NCBI RefSeq assembly: GCF_036321535.1 | Contig: NC_087436.1 | Coordinates: 113,958,001-114,022,000 of the forward strand | Length of the DNA stretch: 64,000 nucleotides | Direction: 5' to 3' | From: Camelus dromedarius | Taxonomy: Eukaryota | Shown here: positions 12,780 through 25,080 of the stretch, piece after piece | Position numbering within the stretch: position 1 is the first letter of the stretch | Layout of the letters: the number at the start of each line of letters is the position of its first letter | Made by a program: the position numbers and the translations under genes | The notes under the pieces: generated by a model | Databases searched by the model: none | Seen by the model: the letters and a program-made list of their open reading frames with translations, nothing else | Told to the model about the DNA's origin: nothing

Positions 12780-13265
12780 ACATGTGGTTTCAGCTCCAAC
12801 AAGTAAAGAGCTTTGGAAATTCTCACTTCCATTCTTAAAACAAGGAAAAGCTAAAGAGTGAATATCAATGAAGTTTCTTGAACCCATAATTGAATTGAAG
12901 TCACAGAGCATGCTACCACCTTAAAATCTGGAGAGACATACTAATGCAGAGATTCACAGGTGAGATCTGCTTACCTGGAGCAAAAGCCACTGGAGCTATA
13001 AGCTGGTGAGGAAACTTCAGTAGTGATTTTGTCTAATTGCTGGGGTCTGATTATGGATTAACATGAAAGAGAAACTCTTGGGGTACCACAGATTTAGGAG
13101 GAAAGCCACAATTTCCATTGAGGGTTTTACCTCTAGGAATCCCAACAGGTCCTAACAGTGAAAACTGCAGCCTGCCATGTGGCTCTGGCAAGAGGAGAGA
13201 GAGTCATCATTGGGAAATATGTGTAGAGTGTTCTCCATAACAATGACCTACTCTCCAAGGGTCAA
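12780..13265 (+). mobile_element. Second L1 5'UTR fragment of a related family
   Basis: Colinear similarity to 10965-11340 (gtttcagctc; gaagtcaca vs gaggtcaca; taaaatctggagag vs taaaatatgtatag; cttacc...agccactg). Confidence 0.6.
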
Positions 13266-16104
13266 GACCATAGTAATATTTAGTAATTATTAGCAATAGT
13301 CCTCAGAGCATATTTCAGGAAGGACTTGGTGGAAATGATGTATGTAATTCATCTGGCACAGAGAAATTCCTCAAGTCCTGGTAGCTACTCTTGTGATTAT
13401 TGGCATGATCTCTCTTTTTTTCAATTCCTTGGTTAATAACCTTTGAGCACACACCTAGTTGTATCCATTGTCCCCTAACTGTATAATTCAAAATATATGC
13501 TTTGGGCAAAAACAAAACTCAACATCTTTCCAGGAAGAGCTAGTGTGGTAAACACTATGACATCAGAAGATCTGGGATGACCTTCTGACTTCCCTGACAA
13601 AATACCTTTCCCAAAATACCTTTGGTGCCAAAGTCAAATGAAAATATCTTTAAGAAAGGAAAAAAAACAAAAAACAAAAAAAACAGCAAGCTCACTGATA
13701 TACATCTTTTCATAACAGCCTGATTTTGTAGAAAGAAATCAGTTAAAAACGGCTTCTAGGTGGCATGATGGTAGAAAGCGTGAAATGTGGAGGATGAAGT
13801 CTCCAAAGATGAGTTCTATGAATTTCACAATTTTCTGTGGGCTCATGGGTTTCTCCTGTGACTTACTTAAAACTATCAAAGATTTGGGGACAGGAAAAAT
13901 TAGAGTTTCTCAGACCTGGGACCTGTGGGAACAATCACTGAAGAAATTTTTCTGCTTCTTTGAATAGTAGAATCTTATTTATCAAATACCTGCCTTCCCT
14001 GGGTCAAAAGGCTGAAAAACAAGATTAGCAGGAGGATCTGGGAATATTCCTTTTCTTGTTTCTAGATCCCTCCAACTAGACAGCAAGAGAAGATGCTGGC
14101 TTTTTTCAGGCTCATTTATTTTGCATCTTTGATACCAAGCTGTGCTTTTGAGCAAAGGAACATGGGATGAATTAGGCCCTTGGTAATTTGCATGAAAACT
14201 CGGAAATGCCAATGACACCTCTAAACAGTTCTATAAATGTTTCTGAATTCATTTTATTCTCCACAGCAGTCTCTTATGCCAGAAAAACAAACAGCTCTGT
14301 GAATCAGACTTGTGTTTGTTTACACCCCATGGAGAGCTGGGGGATAAATAGATTAAATCAAGGTCTGACTTTGCACAGAAAGGATGAGGGAGAGGAAAAG
14401 CTTCACAGGAGCACTATCATGATTGTGTTTAGTGATTTTCCATGAGACACATGGTGCAGTTTCCTTGTTTGGCTTTCTTATTATTGCCTGAAGTATCATC
14501 AATCAATCCTCCAAACTCAGCCATATTTACCTAAGCTTCATGGCCAGAGTTAGGGATTCTCTCTTTTAGGAAGCCTCCACTGATTTGTTTTCGATCTATA
14601 ATACTGATTACTCTTTCTGGTAAACTTACATGAAGAAATTGGTTCCTGATAGGGCACACTGACTTCACTCTGCCCTGTGGCCCAAGACTTCATGTTACTG
14701 AAGTTTTAGACGTGGACCATCTGCAGCACTCATTGATATTCAGCATGCATTAATTATATGGCTATTTAGTGATATCCATGTCTATAGCTCTGGCTTCCTA
14801 ACTGGTGGCAAGAATGAAATCTGCAGAGAGGGACAGTCATCCTCATGCCCCATTTGCAGCTTCCTGTATTGTCCCCTTTTTCTCCCACATTTTCTTATAA
14901 TTTTTGCCTTTCAACCATCCAGATTCTTTCACAAGCATCAACTCATTGAAGCTGCATAATAGCTTGGCAAGGTAGTTACTCATCATTGTCATTGTCACTA
15001 AAAACTTAGGTTTAGTGAGATAAAACACCTTGCTGAAGCATGCTCTGCTATAAAGTGGTGAAGCTAATTCTTTCAAAGACTTATAAATTCCACCCGACAT
15101 TATTTTACCTACAACAAGTTTGTTCTGCCTAATTCTATTAAAATCAAGTTAATTTAATGTTTTGCATAGAATGGATAATGGAAAGTCACTAAAAAGATAC
15201 CAGATTAATTTGTGGCAATACTACATTAAAAATGGAAAAGAAATAGTATTAATATAGTAAGAATCTGAATTCATATTATCTCACAAATGTGTTTAAATCT
15301 TATCCCATTTTAAGGAAAATGAAACCGGAATTCTTAAAGCATGCTTCAAGAATAAGGTTTATGTAGGAAATACTATGTAGAAATCCAATCAGAAGAGCTG
15401 TATTAAAGTCAAAGACCTTGCCTTTACATCAAAACTTTGCTGAATGAGTGCATGCTAAGCTAAAATAAAGTATTTAAGGTAGGTATGTGTAATGTCTTCA
15501 TCAATTCTTCAATTTAACTGACCTTTCTGATTAGCCAACTAACGATTATCCTCAAAGGCATCAAATAAAAAGATTAGTAGTGAAATGTAAAATTATAAAA
15601 AAAAATTAATTTCCCAAATCGATGCCAAAGAAAAGGAAGGGGAGGTCAATTCCACAACGGGGACAGATATTACACTGTTAAGTCTGTGTCGTGGATGCTT
15701 TTGCTGGGTCCTTCCATCTGGTATTCTCCTCTTAGCAACTCCCTCATCCCAAGGACTCCAGCGTGCTACCCAAGTCAGTCGAGCAATCACATCAGTTGGG
15801 TGCAGCGGGATCTTACCTTCTGAGAGCTTCTTCAGAGAACGGATACTGCTTGTCCTTTGTCTCTGGGATAAATCACAATTCCAGTGTAGGCAGTGTATTG
15901 GGAAGGTCCACTGAACAGCAGCAAGAGTGAGTGGAATGCCCACAGTGAGTCTGGCACCTGCACCTCAGCCTGGGCTCAGCTACCCAGAGCAAATCTTCAT
16001 TTATCATCGAGGGTCAGTGAAGCTTGAAAGTGAGAGCCAAATCTGTAGACACCATCTGGGCCGGTGGAAAAACCTGTGAAGCAGGAGTCAGGAAAAGCGG
16101 CTTT

Positions 16105-16240
16105 GAGGCTTGGCTGTGACTCTTTCCAATAAGAATATTCTAGGCAAGTAGTAAAATTTCCCTGGGTCCAAATTTCGTTCAACTATAAAGTGGGGATAAT
16201 AATTTCTACTTAGCCTGCCTCAGCAGATTCTCATGAATGC
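16105..16240 (+). mobile_element. MIR fragment
   Basis: ctaggcaagtagtaaaatttccctgggtcc...ctataaagtggggataataatttctactt core. Confidence 0.55.
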
Positions 16241-17129
16241 ATGGAATAGAGACCTTTCCCACGTCTCTTCTGGAGGGAAACTTCTGCCCTTCTCCCCATG
16301 TTTTTGCCTCTCTGCACTCTTCCCTTTAGCAGATTCTTCTAAGTGAGGTAAAGGTGCTAATTTATAAATGTGGGACATTTACTGAAGCGTGTTTTATTCA
16401 TGAGCCTTAACCATCAATAACTACATGTGGTCTTCATTCTTACCTGTGGTAAACTGAACTGGGTAGGATTTTGCTCCTAGTGAAGGTAAATTTTCTCTAC
16501 AGCCTAATTCAGGGCCCAGACATTTCTATCTACTGAGGAGTAGGTATAAAGGAATAGATTCTACTTCCAGATACTATTCTTGCATTTCATTACGTATGGA
16601 GCCTTGAATCATGAAATCGAATCCCAGCTATCAGTTCTATGCACTTTATCATCTAGCTTACTAATGGTTTGTATAAAAGCTTTGGTCAGAAACTCAGAGG
16701 AGGAGAGGAGCAAAATAAATAGTAAGACCAAAACAAACAAACAAACAAACAAAAACACCTCCAAATCCTTAACTGTGAAGGTCACAGAACATGTTTTATA
16801 AAATAATGTATTCGTTACAAAACAAAATAAAAAGATACAAGTGATGAATACAATCACTTCATTGTCATAAATTGTTGCAAAGTGTAAAGAAGGAGACAAC
16901 AGTTTCCCATAGAAATGCAGAACTGTGACCTTAACCTTGTTTTCTGGACCTCTGCAGAGTTGTGTCTAGTAACCAGTACTGCTCACTTCCACCAAAAATG
17001 CAACATGGCTTAGATGAATGACCACTAAAATTTCTTTTGAGTAATATGAGGTGTTTCTTGCTTTATTTTGGTTTTAATTTTGGTTTGGTTTGGATTTTTG
17101 GTTCAAGCAAGAAATCTCAGACAACACAA

Positions 17130-17255
17130 TAAATTATCTCATGCCTCCGTTTCTCTATCTGTAAAATGGACTTCATTGAAACTGCTCTTTTGTTTCAGCA
17201 GGGAGTTTAGGGGATCAAATGAGATAATGTCTAGGAAAGTTCTTTGTAAAATGCA
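17130..17255 (+). mobile_element. MIR fragment
   Basis: tgcctccgtttctctatctgtaaaatgg...ggatcaaatgagataatgtctaggaaagttctttgtaaa. Confidence 0.7.
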
Positions 17256-17339
17256 AAAAAGAGATATATACATACATGCAAATATATATATATATAATTA
17301 TAATTTTTGAGACAGGATATGTGCCCCTTTTTCTTCCTT

Positions 17340-17490
17340 TAGCATGCTTTTTGAGCACCTAATATGAGGCAAGCATAGTGCTAAGCTTTTGTATCATGTG
17401 TTCTTTCATTGGAAATGCACATCAACTCTTTTGAGATGGAAATTATTCCCATCTCTTCACAGGTCAGCAAAATAAGGCTAGGAGAGATTC
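17340..17490 (-). mobile_element. MIR fragment
   Basis: ttgagcacctaatatgaggcaagcatagtgctaagc...ttattccccatctcttcacagg. Confidence 0.6.
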
Positions 17491-17639
17491 TCCTCACTGA
17501 CCATGAGGTCAGATGTGGCAGTCTTTCAGAGCTCCTGACTGAGTTGCAGTGAATCATGTTGGGTGAATTGTTAATCCCTAAATCTCCTACTACCTATTTT
17601 AACCACGTTACCTTGAGTGAGGTGTGGTGAGGATAGATG

Positions 17640-18073
17640 TAGATCGAAAGAGAGAAATTAAAAAGTAGTTTACAGTTTTATTTATTTACCCTTCCCTGGA
17701 GAAAACAGGACACAGTATGTAGGACCACATGGGGGATCACCAGGGTCATTCACAAGGCAGGCAGAGAGATAAACCGGGAGCAAGCATCTTTACTGTGGTT
17801 CCTTCAGGAAGCAAAGAGCAAGGCAGGGCAAGTAGGCTTAGGGTTAGCTAATGTGAGTCATTTCAGAAGGCCCTGGGGGGGTTCAGCAGGTCCTCTGTTA
17901 CCCTGTACTTGGACCAAGACAATTAAGGAAGGTGTATCATGGTCTGAAGTATGAGATCCTGATAAAGAAAGAGGATATGGTGCTTAATTGGATGCTCAAT
18001 AAGAAGAACTGTCCAGCCCCTAGTCTGGACCTCCAAATTGGGTCAAGACAGCACACGTGCAAAAATGTATCAC
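17640..18073 (-). mobile_element. ERVL-class solo LTR (MER54/MER73/MER74 group)
   Basis: ggaccacatgggggatcaccagggtc...ctttactgtggttcctt...aggcagggcaagtaggcttagggttagctaatgtgagtcatttcag matches the antisense of this LTR group; related to 46690-47162. Confidence 0.6.
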
Positions 18074-18164
18074 ACCACCTAACATTAAGCAGATACATTA
18101 ACAATTTATTATAATCTTCTCCTCTTCTTTTTCTTAATTGAAGTGTAGTTGGTGAAGATAGTAT

Positions 18165-18325
18165 ATAGGGTGGCACTATGAAAAGGAAGTAAGAGATTCA
18201 GTCTAGGATCAAATCTCAGTTATTCCACTTCCTACCTATATAAATTTGGACAGAATAGTTAACCTCTTTATGTCTGTTTTCATATATATGATACTAGAAA
18301 TTGATTAGATAGTGCCTCATAGTTA
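18165..18325 (+). mobile_element. MIR fragment
   Basis: ctaggatcaaatctcagttattccacttcctacctatataaatttggacag...ttaacctc. Confidence 0.6.
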
Positions 18326-20409
18326 TCATATATCCTATATCCTAGATATCATATATCCTAGATATCTTTAATATATTTTATCCAACCATTGTCTCATTAC
18401 TAACGTAGAAATAAATTACAAAGAAAAAATGTTAGACTAGGGTTGAACATTGGAATCATCTGGTTTAGCACCATCAATTTAGAAATTGACTCTCAATGGT
18501 GAGAGAGGAATCCCATCTGCAAATATCCTTGAAGAAACTGAGTTCTCAGGATTACTGGAGCAGAGTGGATTCAAGTCCATTTCCCTTAGTTGGGCTGTCG
18601 GTGTTCCAGAAGGCTAACCATCAGATATCCATTGAGGAGAGTCAGAAATAGCCTCTTCATTAAAGAAGACGCTTGTGACTTCTGCTTCACTGCACACATT
18701 CTGTAGTTCTCCATTAGTCTGTGTTCTTCCTCATACAGAAAATCAGAAAAAAAAAAAACTAGGTGAAGGTCATGGTAGTGATATGGATTTGTAGACATCA
18801 TTCCTCACTTTGATCACTATTAAAATGAGCTGTATAATGATATCTACCTCCCAAGAATGTTGTTAAAAGTTAACTCATGTGGCCAACATGTTGACTAGCA
18901 ATAGTGGTACAATATAAGTACTTACTTAGCCTTGGTAGGTTTTCAATAAATGTTCATGTAATTTGTCTTTTTTATACTCTTAAGCACCATAATCCCTTTC
19001 AAAGTATTAGCAGATTATTCTGTTATTGCTCCAAAACCCTTCAGCTATCCCTCAAAATGCATAGAGGTAGTAAATATGGAAGCATCCTCTATTTAACATC
19101 CATCAAACATGTGCAGAGAGAGTGTCTACTGGGTTCTGTGTCACATGGGATGTGCTCTTAGATCTCTTTCCTCAATCATTCATCACTTTATTCATTTATT
19201 AATATCCAAGTGCTTGATAATAATCATTTTGGTGGAGAAAACAGAGACATTTCAGACATGGAAAGAAACTCTGTGCATCACTAAAAGCATCTTTGAAGAC
19301 AAAGTCCCTTGAATGACAAGGATGGTGATCCCATTCCTTCTTGTCAAACTCCTGGGACTAGGGTAGGCAAACCCACCACTTGCTCCAAGCCAAGCTGTGC
19401 AGAGATCAGTGTTTACACTGTGTGGAAGCACATCTAAACTACACGACGTGGGAAGAAGGTTCACCATCTATTTTAAAATGCCACCTTCTATTTTAGACTG
19501 AACATGTACAATTTCTGTTTAGCAATTTCAGCTAATTGTTGGATTAACATTTTGGGGAACAGATTGCAAACTTCAAAATGGAAAAGATCATTTTAGGGAG
19601 GGAAGCTAGGCAGCTGTCAGTGAGTCGGAATTAACATACATTTGCATAACAGATGTACAGTAAGGTGTCTATGACAGACAATCACTGAATATTAATGCTA
19701 TAGACCACGACATCATTTGCGTAAATGCTGTCTGCTGGGTATTGAGGTTGGTGTGCTCTTTGCAGAAGACAAAGGACCAGAGAACGGAACAGATGCACTA
19801 GATACACCGATGCATCTTAATTTATGACATCCTCATGAAAGACCTTGTGGTGTGATTTCAGATTTTATTACAAATAATTTGGAGATAAAGGAACTACGTA
19901 ATTATCTTTTCCCCTACAGTTAGTCTCTCTCAGAGGAAGAGGGTACATTTGTGGACTGCCATTGTGATGCTCTCAGGAGAGTAGCATGCTTTTCCTGAAG
20001 TGGGGGGTGGGGCAGGGGAGAAAAAGAAAGCGATCCCGGAAGTCGACATTGTGCCTTGAATAGACTTGGCTATTAGCATGTTGTCTGACACCTGTCACAG
20101 AGCAACTCACCCCCCCACTTGAATGAAGCAGCAGGTGATTCTATGGCAGGTTTCAAGTGATATTTTTTGAAAAGAGAATTAGTGTTGAAGTATAAAACCC
20201 ATTTTGGTAAGTCAGTGTTATGAACATATGTTGAGCCTGCACTATTTGCACAAAGCAGTGGGTTTCCTTTCTTTGTATCTTAATCAATTCTTTGCTGTCT
20301 TCTAGCCTGTCTCTACTGAATACCCTCCCCAGTAATTAAACTCCCTAGAATTACTTGGCTTCTTGACCTCTCAATGTATAATCAGTTCTTGATTGGCTAA
20401 TTAAAAGTG

Positions 20410-21300
20410 TCATGCATTTGATCAATATATAGTGTAGCTCATAACATTGCCAGGCCTTGTACTAGGTTCTGAGTGTGGAAATGCACAGCTTCCCTCCTAA
20501 AGGTTCACTGTCTATTGGAGAGAACAGTCAGTTAGTCAACAAATGTTTATTGAGCAGTTACTATGCATTAGGCCCTATCAAGGTGCCAGAGGTACAGCAA
20601 CAAATAGAAGTGACCGTCATTGCCCTTAAAGCACCTTACTTTTGGTGAGGGGGAGACAATAAATTGGTCACCAAATAAATAAGATGATACCAGGTACAGG
20701 TACAATAAGGTAAGGGGAGAGACAGTAGTTAAGAGTAACTGAGTGTGAGTCAGGTCTGCTTTATTTTAAATGATGAAAGACCTTTCTACAAAAGTAACAA
20801 TTCACCTGAAACCTGAGTGGTGAAAAGGAGGCAGCCATATGGAGCATCTGGAGTAATGCCATTCAACCAGAAGAAATTGCAAGTACAAAATTTCTGAGAC
20901 AGAGTGCATGAGCATGAAAAAAACTTGTTCGCGAGGAAGTAAGTTCTAAGTACAACATAGTTTGTACATGTAATAGATGGCAACAGAGGAGAAAGCTCTT
21001 GATCCAGCTGCTTTGATGTAAAGGTCAAAGTAGTTGGTAGAAAGAATTCTTTTCTGTGCTGAGTCCTTCCTGAATTGAAGTCCAAAGCATGGGGAGAGAT
21101 TAAGCATTCCAAAAAGAAACATACCATCTGCAGAGACCTTAGAGAGGGATGCAGGAAAGCAAAACAGCTCCTGAGAATTACACTTTGTGTATATGCGGCT
21201 GGAACATAGATTGTGTGGATGAAGTGTCAGAATATAAAGCTATAAAGGCAGACTTGGGGTTAGATTGAGAAGAATGTGTCTGCTACATTAACGAGGTTTT
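20410..21300 (-). mobile_element. L2 LINE 3' fragments (two tails)
   Basis: caacaaatgtttattgagcagttactatgcattaggcc..., gaaacctgagtggtgaaaaggaggcagccatatgg. Confidence 0.65.
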
Positions 21301-21864
21301 GATATAAGGGAATAAACAGACTTCTGATTCAGAAATCTCATCTGAAAACACGGAATCATCTGGTAGAGAGGACAACACAACATGCTAAGACGTCTACCCC
21401 TGGTTTTCTGGGAAACTTGTCACCTTGGGGGGATAAGTGGCGTCACTTTACTAATAACTGAGATCCTTTGATTCTCACCACAGTGGCTTATGCAGGATCT
21501 TTAATGGCCCCCAAACCCCCCAGGGAGTCAAGAGAGGTGCCCACTAATCTGCTTCCTTCTCTCCTTCCCGCTTGTCAGTGTTCAGAGTGCTCATCCCTGC
21601 CAGTGTGCACAGGGGTCTCTGAGAGAACACCATAGTCTACCTTAGGACAGGGGCTTCTCTTGGAATTTCTAGCAATGCCTCCCTCTGTGTTACTAGAATC
21701 AAGCTACATTTCCTGGAGCAGAGTTTGAAGATCCTCATTGCACAAACATGATACCCTAGTACCAAAGCCAGAGCTACCCATGCCTCAACCTCATAGGGAC
21801 TTTCTCAGGAACCACTTCTTTGGTCTGTGCTTGAAGTATCTCTCTCCATAATCCCTAATACTAA

Positions 21865-22110
21865 TTGCTAATTTGCATTATGCGCATATTCTGTTGCAAG
21901 CTCTGTGCTACACTCAAAACATGGAAGATTTCGTTTCAGCCCTGCATTGCCCCTATGATACATTTTCTGTATTTAATGGATAAGGAACAAAATTCAGAGA
22001 GAGGAAGCTACTTGCCCAGGGTCTTACAACTGCAAGTGACTGAACTCAGTTTGGTACCCAGGCACGTTGACTGCAGGGCCCCCATTTTTAACCACTGTAC
22101 TGTACTGCCT
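21865..22110 (-). mobile_element. MIR SINE (MIRb-like)
   Basis: atggataaggaacaaaattcagagagaggaagctacttgcccagggtcttacaactgcaagtgactgaactcag...acccaggc...ttaaccactgtactgtactgcct. Confidence 0.8.
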
Positions 22111-22976
22111 TTCCAAAGACATCTGGGGTGAGTTCATGGGGTTGGGGTAAGGTGAATTCACCTACCATGCCTGTTGTTCTCTTTTCCTTCAGGTACTTAC
22201 TAAAGTCTCTTCCTTGAAATACAGATTCCTCCTGAGAGTCCATCCCTTAGTTACAATGACATATCCAAACATTCTTAAATCAGCATATCTAGGTTCAGAG
22301 GAATTTCTTAGGTACTGTTCTTCAGCTGCACTATGCTTGCTATTTATGTCTGTTTCAAGTGGTTGCAGACTTTCAGAATGCACAGATTACAAAATAAAAG
22401 GAATTTCTTCTTTATAACACTAGTTCACCTAAACTGGCTTTAAATTTATTGTACCTAGTCTGTTTTTTTCTTGTTGTTGTTTATTTGTTTGTTTTGTTTT
22501 GAGCTCTTCCTTGCAAATTCCCTGCCAATATCAATTATAGGATATACTCACAAAGGGAAGAAACAACTCATTAAAACCCTTATCTGATGGGGAACAGTAT
22601 GATGCGGTAAAAAACCTCAACTCTGTTTCACATTTGTGTGGCCTTGATTGTCAAGGAAATGATGCAAGAGATTAGCAAATAGGTCGGCAAGCGATAACAG
22701 CCAAGGGTGTACTGGTCTCCTGGTCTCTTCTCTTCTTTGGCCATCTGAACTTCCTCTTCTCTATGGCAACTGATATTACCAATGGTAACATCAATAGCCA
22801 AAGTCAGATTTTTAATCCCCTGCCTGGAACCCAGCCAGTGGCTAGCACCATCACTTTCTCTTTCCTGCCTAGCATTTGGAGTTTCCATGTTCAGTTTGTC
22901 CAGTGAGTAAGTGGTGAGGTGCCATTTTGAGTGAGCAGCTTTCTGTTCTGCCAATGCTATAAAATTTCCTCTGAGA

Positions 22977-23455
22977 GTACTGGATAAAGAAGATGTGGTG
23001 TATTCATACAATGGAATACTATGCAGCCATAAAAACTGACAACATAACACCATTTGCAGCAACATGGATGTTCCTGGAGAGTGTCATTCTGGGTAAAGTA
23101 AGCCAGAGGGAGAGAGAGGAATACCATATGAGATCACTCATATGTGGAATCTAAAAAAAAAAAAAAAAAAAATACAAAACAGAAACATACTCATAGACAT
23201 AGAATACAAACTTATGGTTGCCAGGGGGACGGGGGATGGGACAGGACAGACTGGGATTTCAAAACGTAGAATAGATAAACAAGATTGTACTGTGTAGCAC
23301 AGGGAAATATATACAGTATCTGTGGTGGCACACAGTGAAAGAAAATGTGACAATGAATGTATGTATGTTCATGTATAACTGAAAAATCATGCTCTACTGG
23401 AATTTGACACAACATTGTAAAATGACTATAACTCAATAAAAAAAAAAGTTTAAAA
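22977..23455 (+). mobile_element. Young 5'-truncated L1 (ORF2 C-terminus, 3'UTR, polyA) with perfect 16-bp TSD
   Basis: TSD aaaatttcctctgaga at 22961-22976 and 23456-23471; WIKKMW...TMEYY ORF2 end; internal A tract; AATAAA followed by polyA. Confidence 0.95.
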
Positions 23456-23839
23456 AAAATTTCCTCTGAGAAACGCATTAGTGTTTCCAGAGTCAAGGAT
23501 ATCTATGTGTTACCTCATTGCTAGAGCACCAGATTCAAAGTTGCCTGTTATGTTTGATTTCAAGGAAGAAATACATGACCTCATGAACTGTACACCAATG
23601 GAATAAAGAGAATAATAAATTGAGGTGTTGCCTAGGGACCTAGGAACCTAGAATTATTGAGTTCTATGATTTTCTTATTGAAACAAATATCTTTTGTGTT
23701 AAGAGTGATCTTCTCTTCAAAGTGACCAGAGCTTAGAGAATTAGAGCTAACCTGTGATAGAGGGATGTAAAGATATTTGGAACCTTAGAAGTTAGAGTAC
23801 ATGTAAGATAAAGATAGGAGTTGGCTATCATGAAATAGG

Positions 23840-25080
23840 AGATAGATTTTAGACCTCCATTTAAGACTAGTCAACAAGTTTGAATTGTACATTAGGGCAA
23901 TGGGAAGTCATTCGAGTAGTTTATGGATGGAATGGTATGCTGAACTTTATTTTAAAAAATTATATCACTCTAAAAACAATGTGGAGATTGGATTGGATGA
24001 GAGCAAGAGAGAATAAAGAGAACAAAAAAACTTGGTAGATGGTTAAGGTAGACCAGATGAGGAATGATGACACTAGTCTAGACTAATGTTGAAATTGGAA
24101 ACAAAAAGGAGCTGTATGGAATACTTGAGAAATAAAATCAAGAGAATTCAGTGACTAATTAACTAGATATGAGAAAGAAAATAAAGAGGAAGAACTTTCC
24201 TACATTTTAAGCTTGGGAAATTGGGCAGAAAGTGAGATTATTTTCTGATGGTTCAAAGGTAATGAGTTTCCTTTTAGACATTTAAATATTAGATGTCCAC
24301 TAACAATTTGATTTATGGACTTGGAACTCAATAAGGATTAGATTGGATCTAGATGTAAAAGATGTTAACACAGAAAGCTTGAAATAGTAATTGAAGCCTT
24401 AAGAATAGGATGAATAGAGGAAAGGGTGGGGGGAAAGTGTGAAGAATAGAGTCCCATGCAGAAACAGCACTTATAAGGCAGACTGAAACAAGATCTCTTC
24501 CTGTCCTGAGATTAGGTATAGTTAGATAAGTATCTCACAGAGAAGATTCAAGAGGAACAGCCAGGAAGACAAAAGTGAAAAAAGAGTGTGTGGGGTCACA
24601 GAGGTGAACATTTCCTAGAGGAAAATGTAGTAAATATGATATACTTCCTCTGGGAGTTCTTTCAGAAATAGGACCAAAAATGCTGTTTCGCACTGGTGTT
24701 TGGTGGCTTTAGTGAGAATAGTTCAGTAGAATGATGGCATTAAATCTAAGCTGCATTCGGTTGAAGAATGAGTGTGAAAGGAGGTCATAGAGACAGCCAG
24801 TTTGGGTGACACACCTGAGAAGATTAATGTGAAAATGAAAAGAAATGGGGTAATAACTGGAGGGAGACAGGTGATTGAGAAAGTTTTGAGGTATGTGTGT
24901 GAGTCAAATGAGAAAGGCTTGAGCAGGTTCAAAGCCTGGTGGAATGTGTACACAAAGGGGGAAACGTTGAAGACACAAGTAAAGGATGTCAAATCAACAC
25001 AGTGGGGCCCCTGAGAGGCGGAGGGATTGCTCTTACGGAGAAATGGGTAAACATCAGCATTTTAACAAGAAGGAAGAAGA
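23840..25080 (-). mobile_element. L2 LINE internal region
   Basis: Purine-rich antisense L2 motifs (gggcaatgggaagtcatt, atcactctaaaaacaatgtggaga, gagtttccttttagacat, gaagaatgagtgtgaaaggagg). Confidence 0.65.

Noticed and set aside
22628..23065. 145-aa minus-strand ORF
   Set aside because: Starts in antisense L1 and runs into flanking DNA; a chance read-through.
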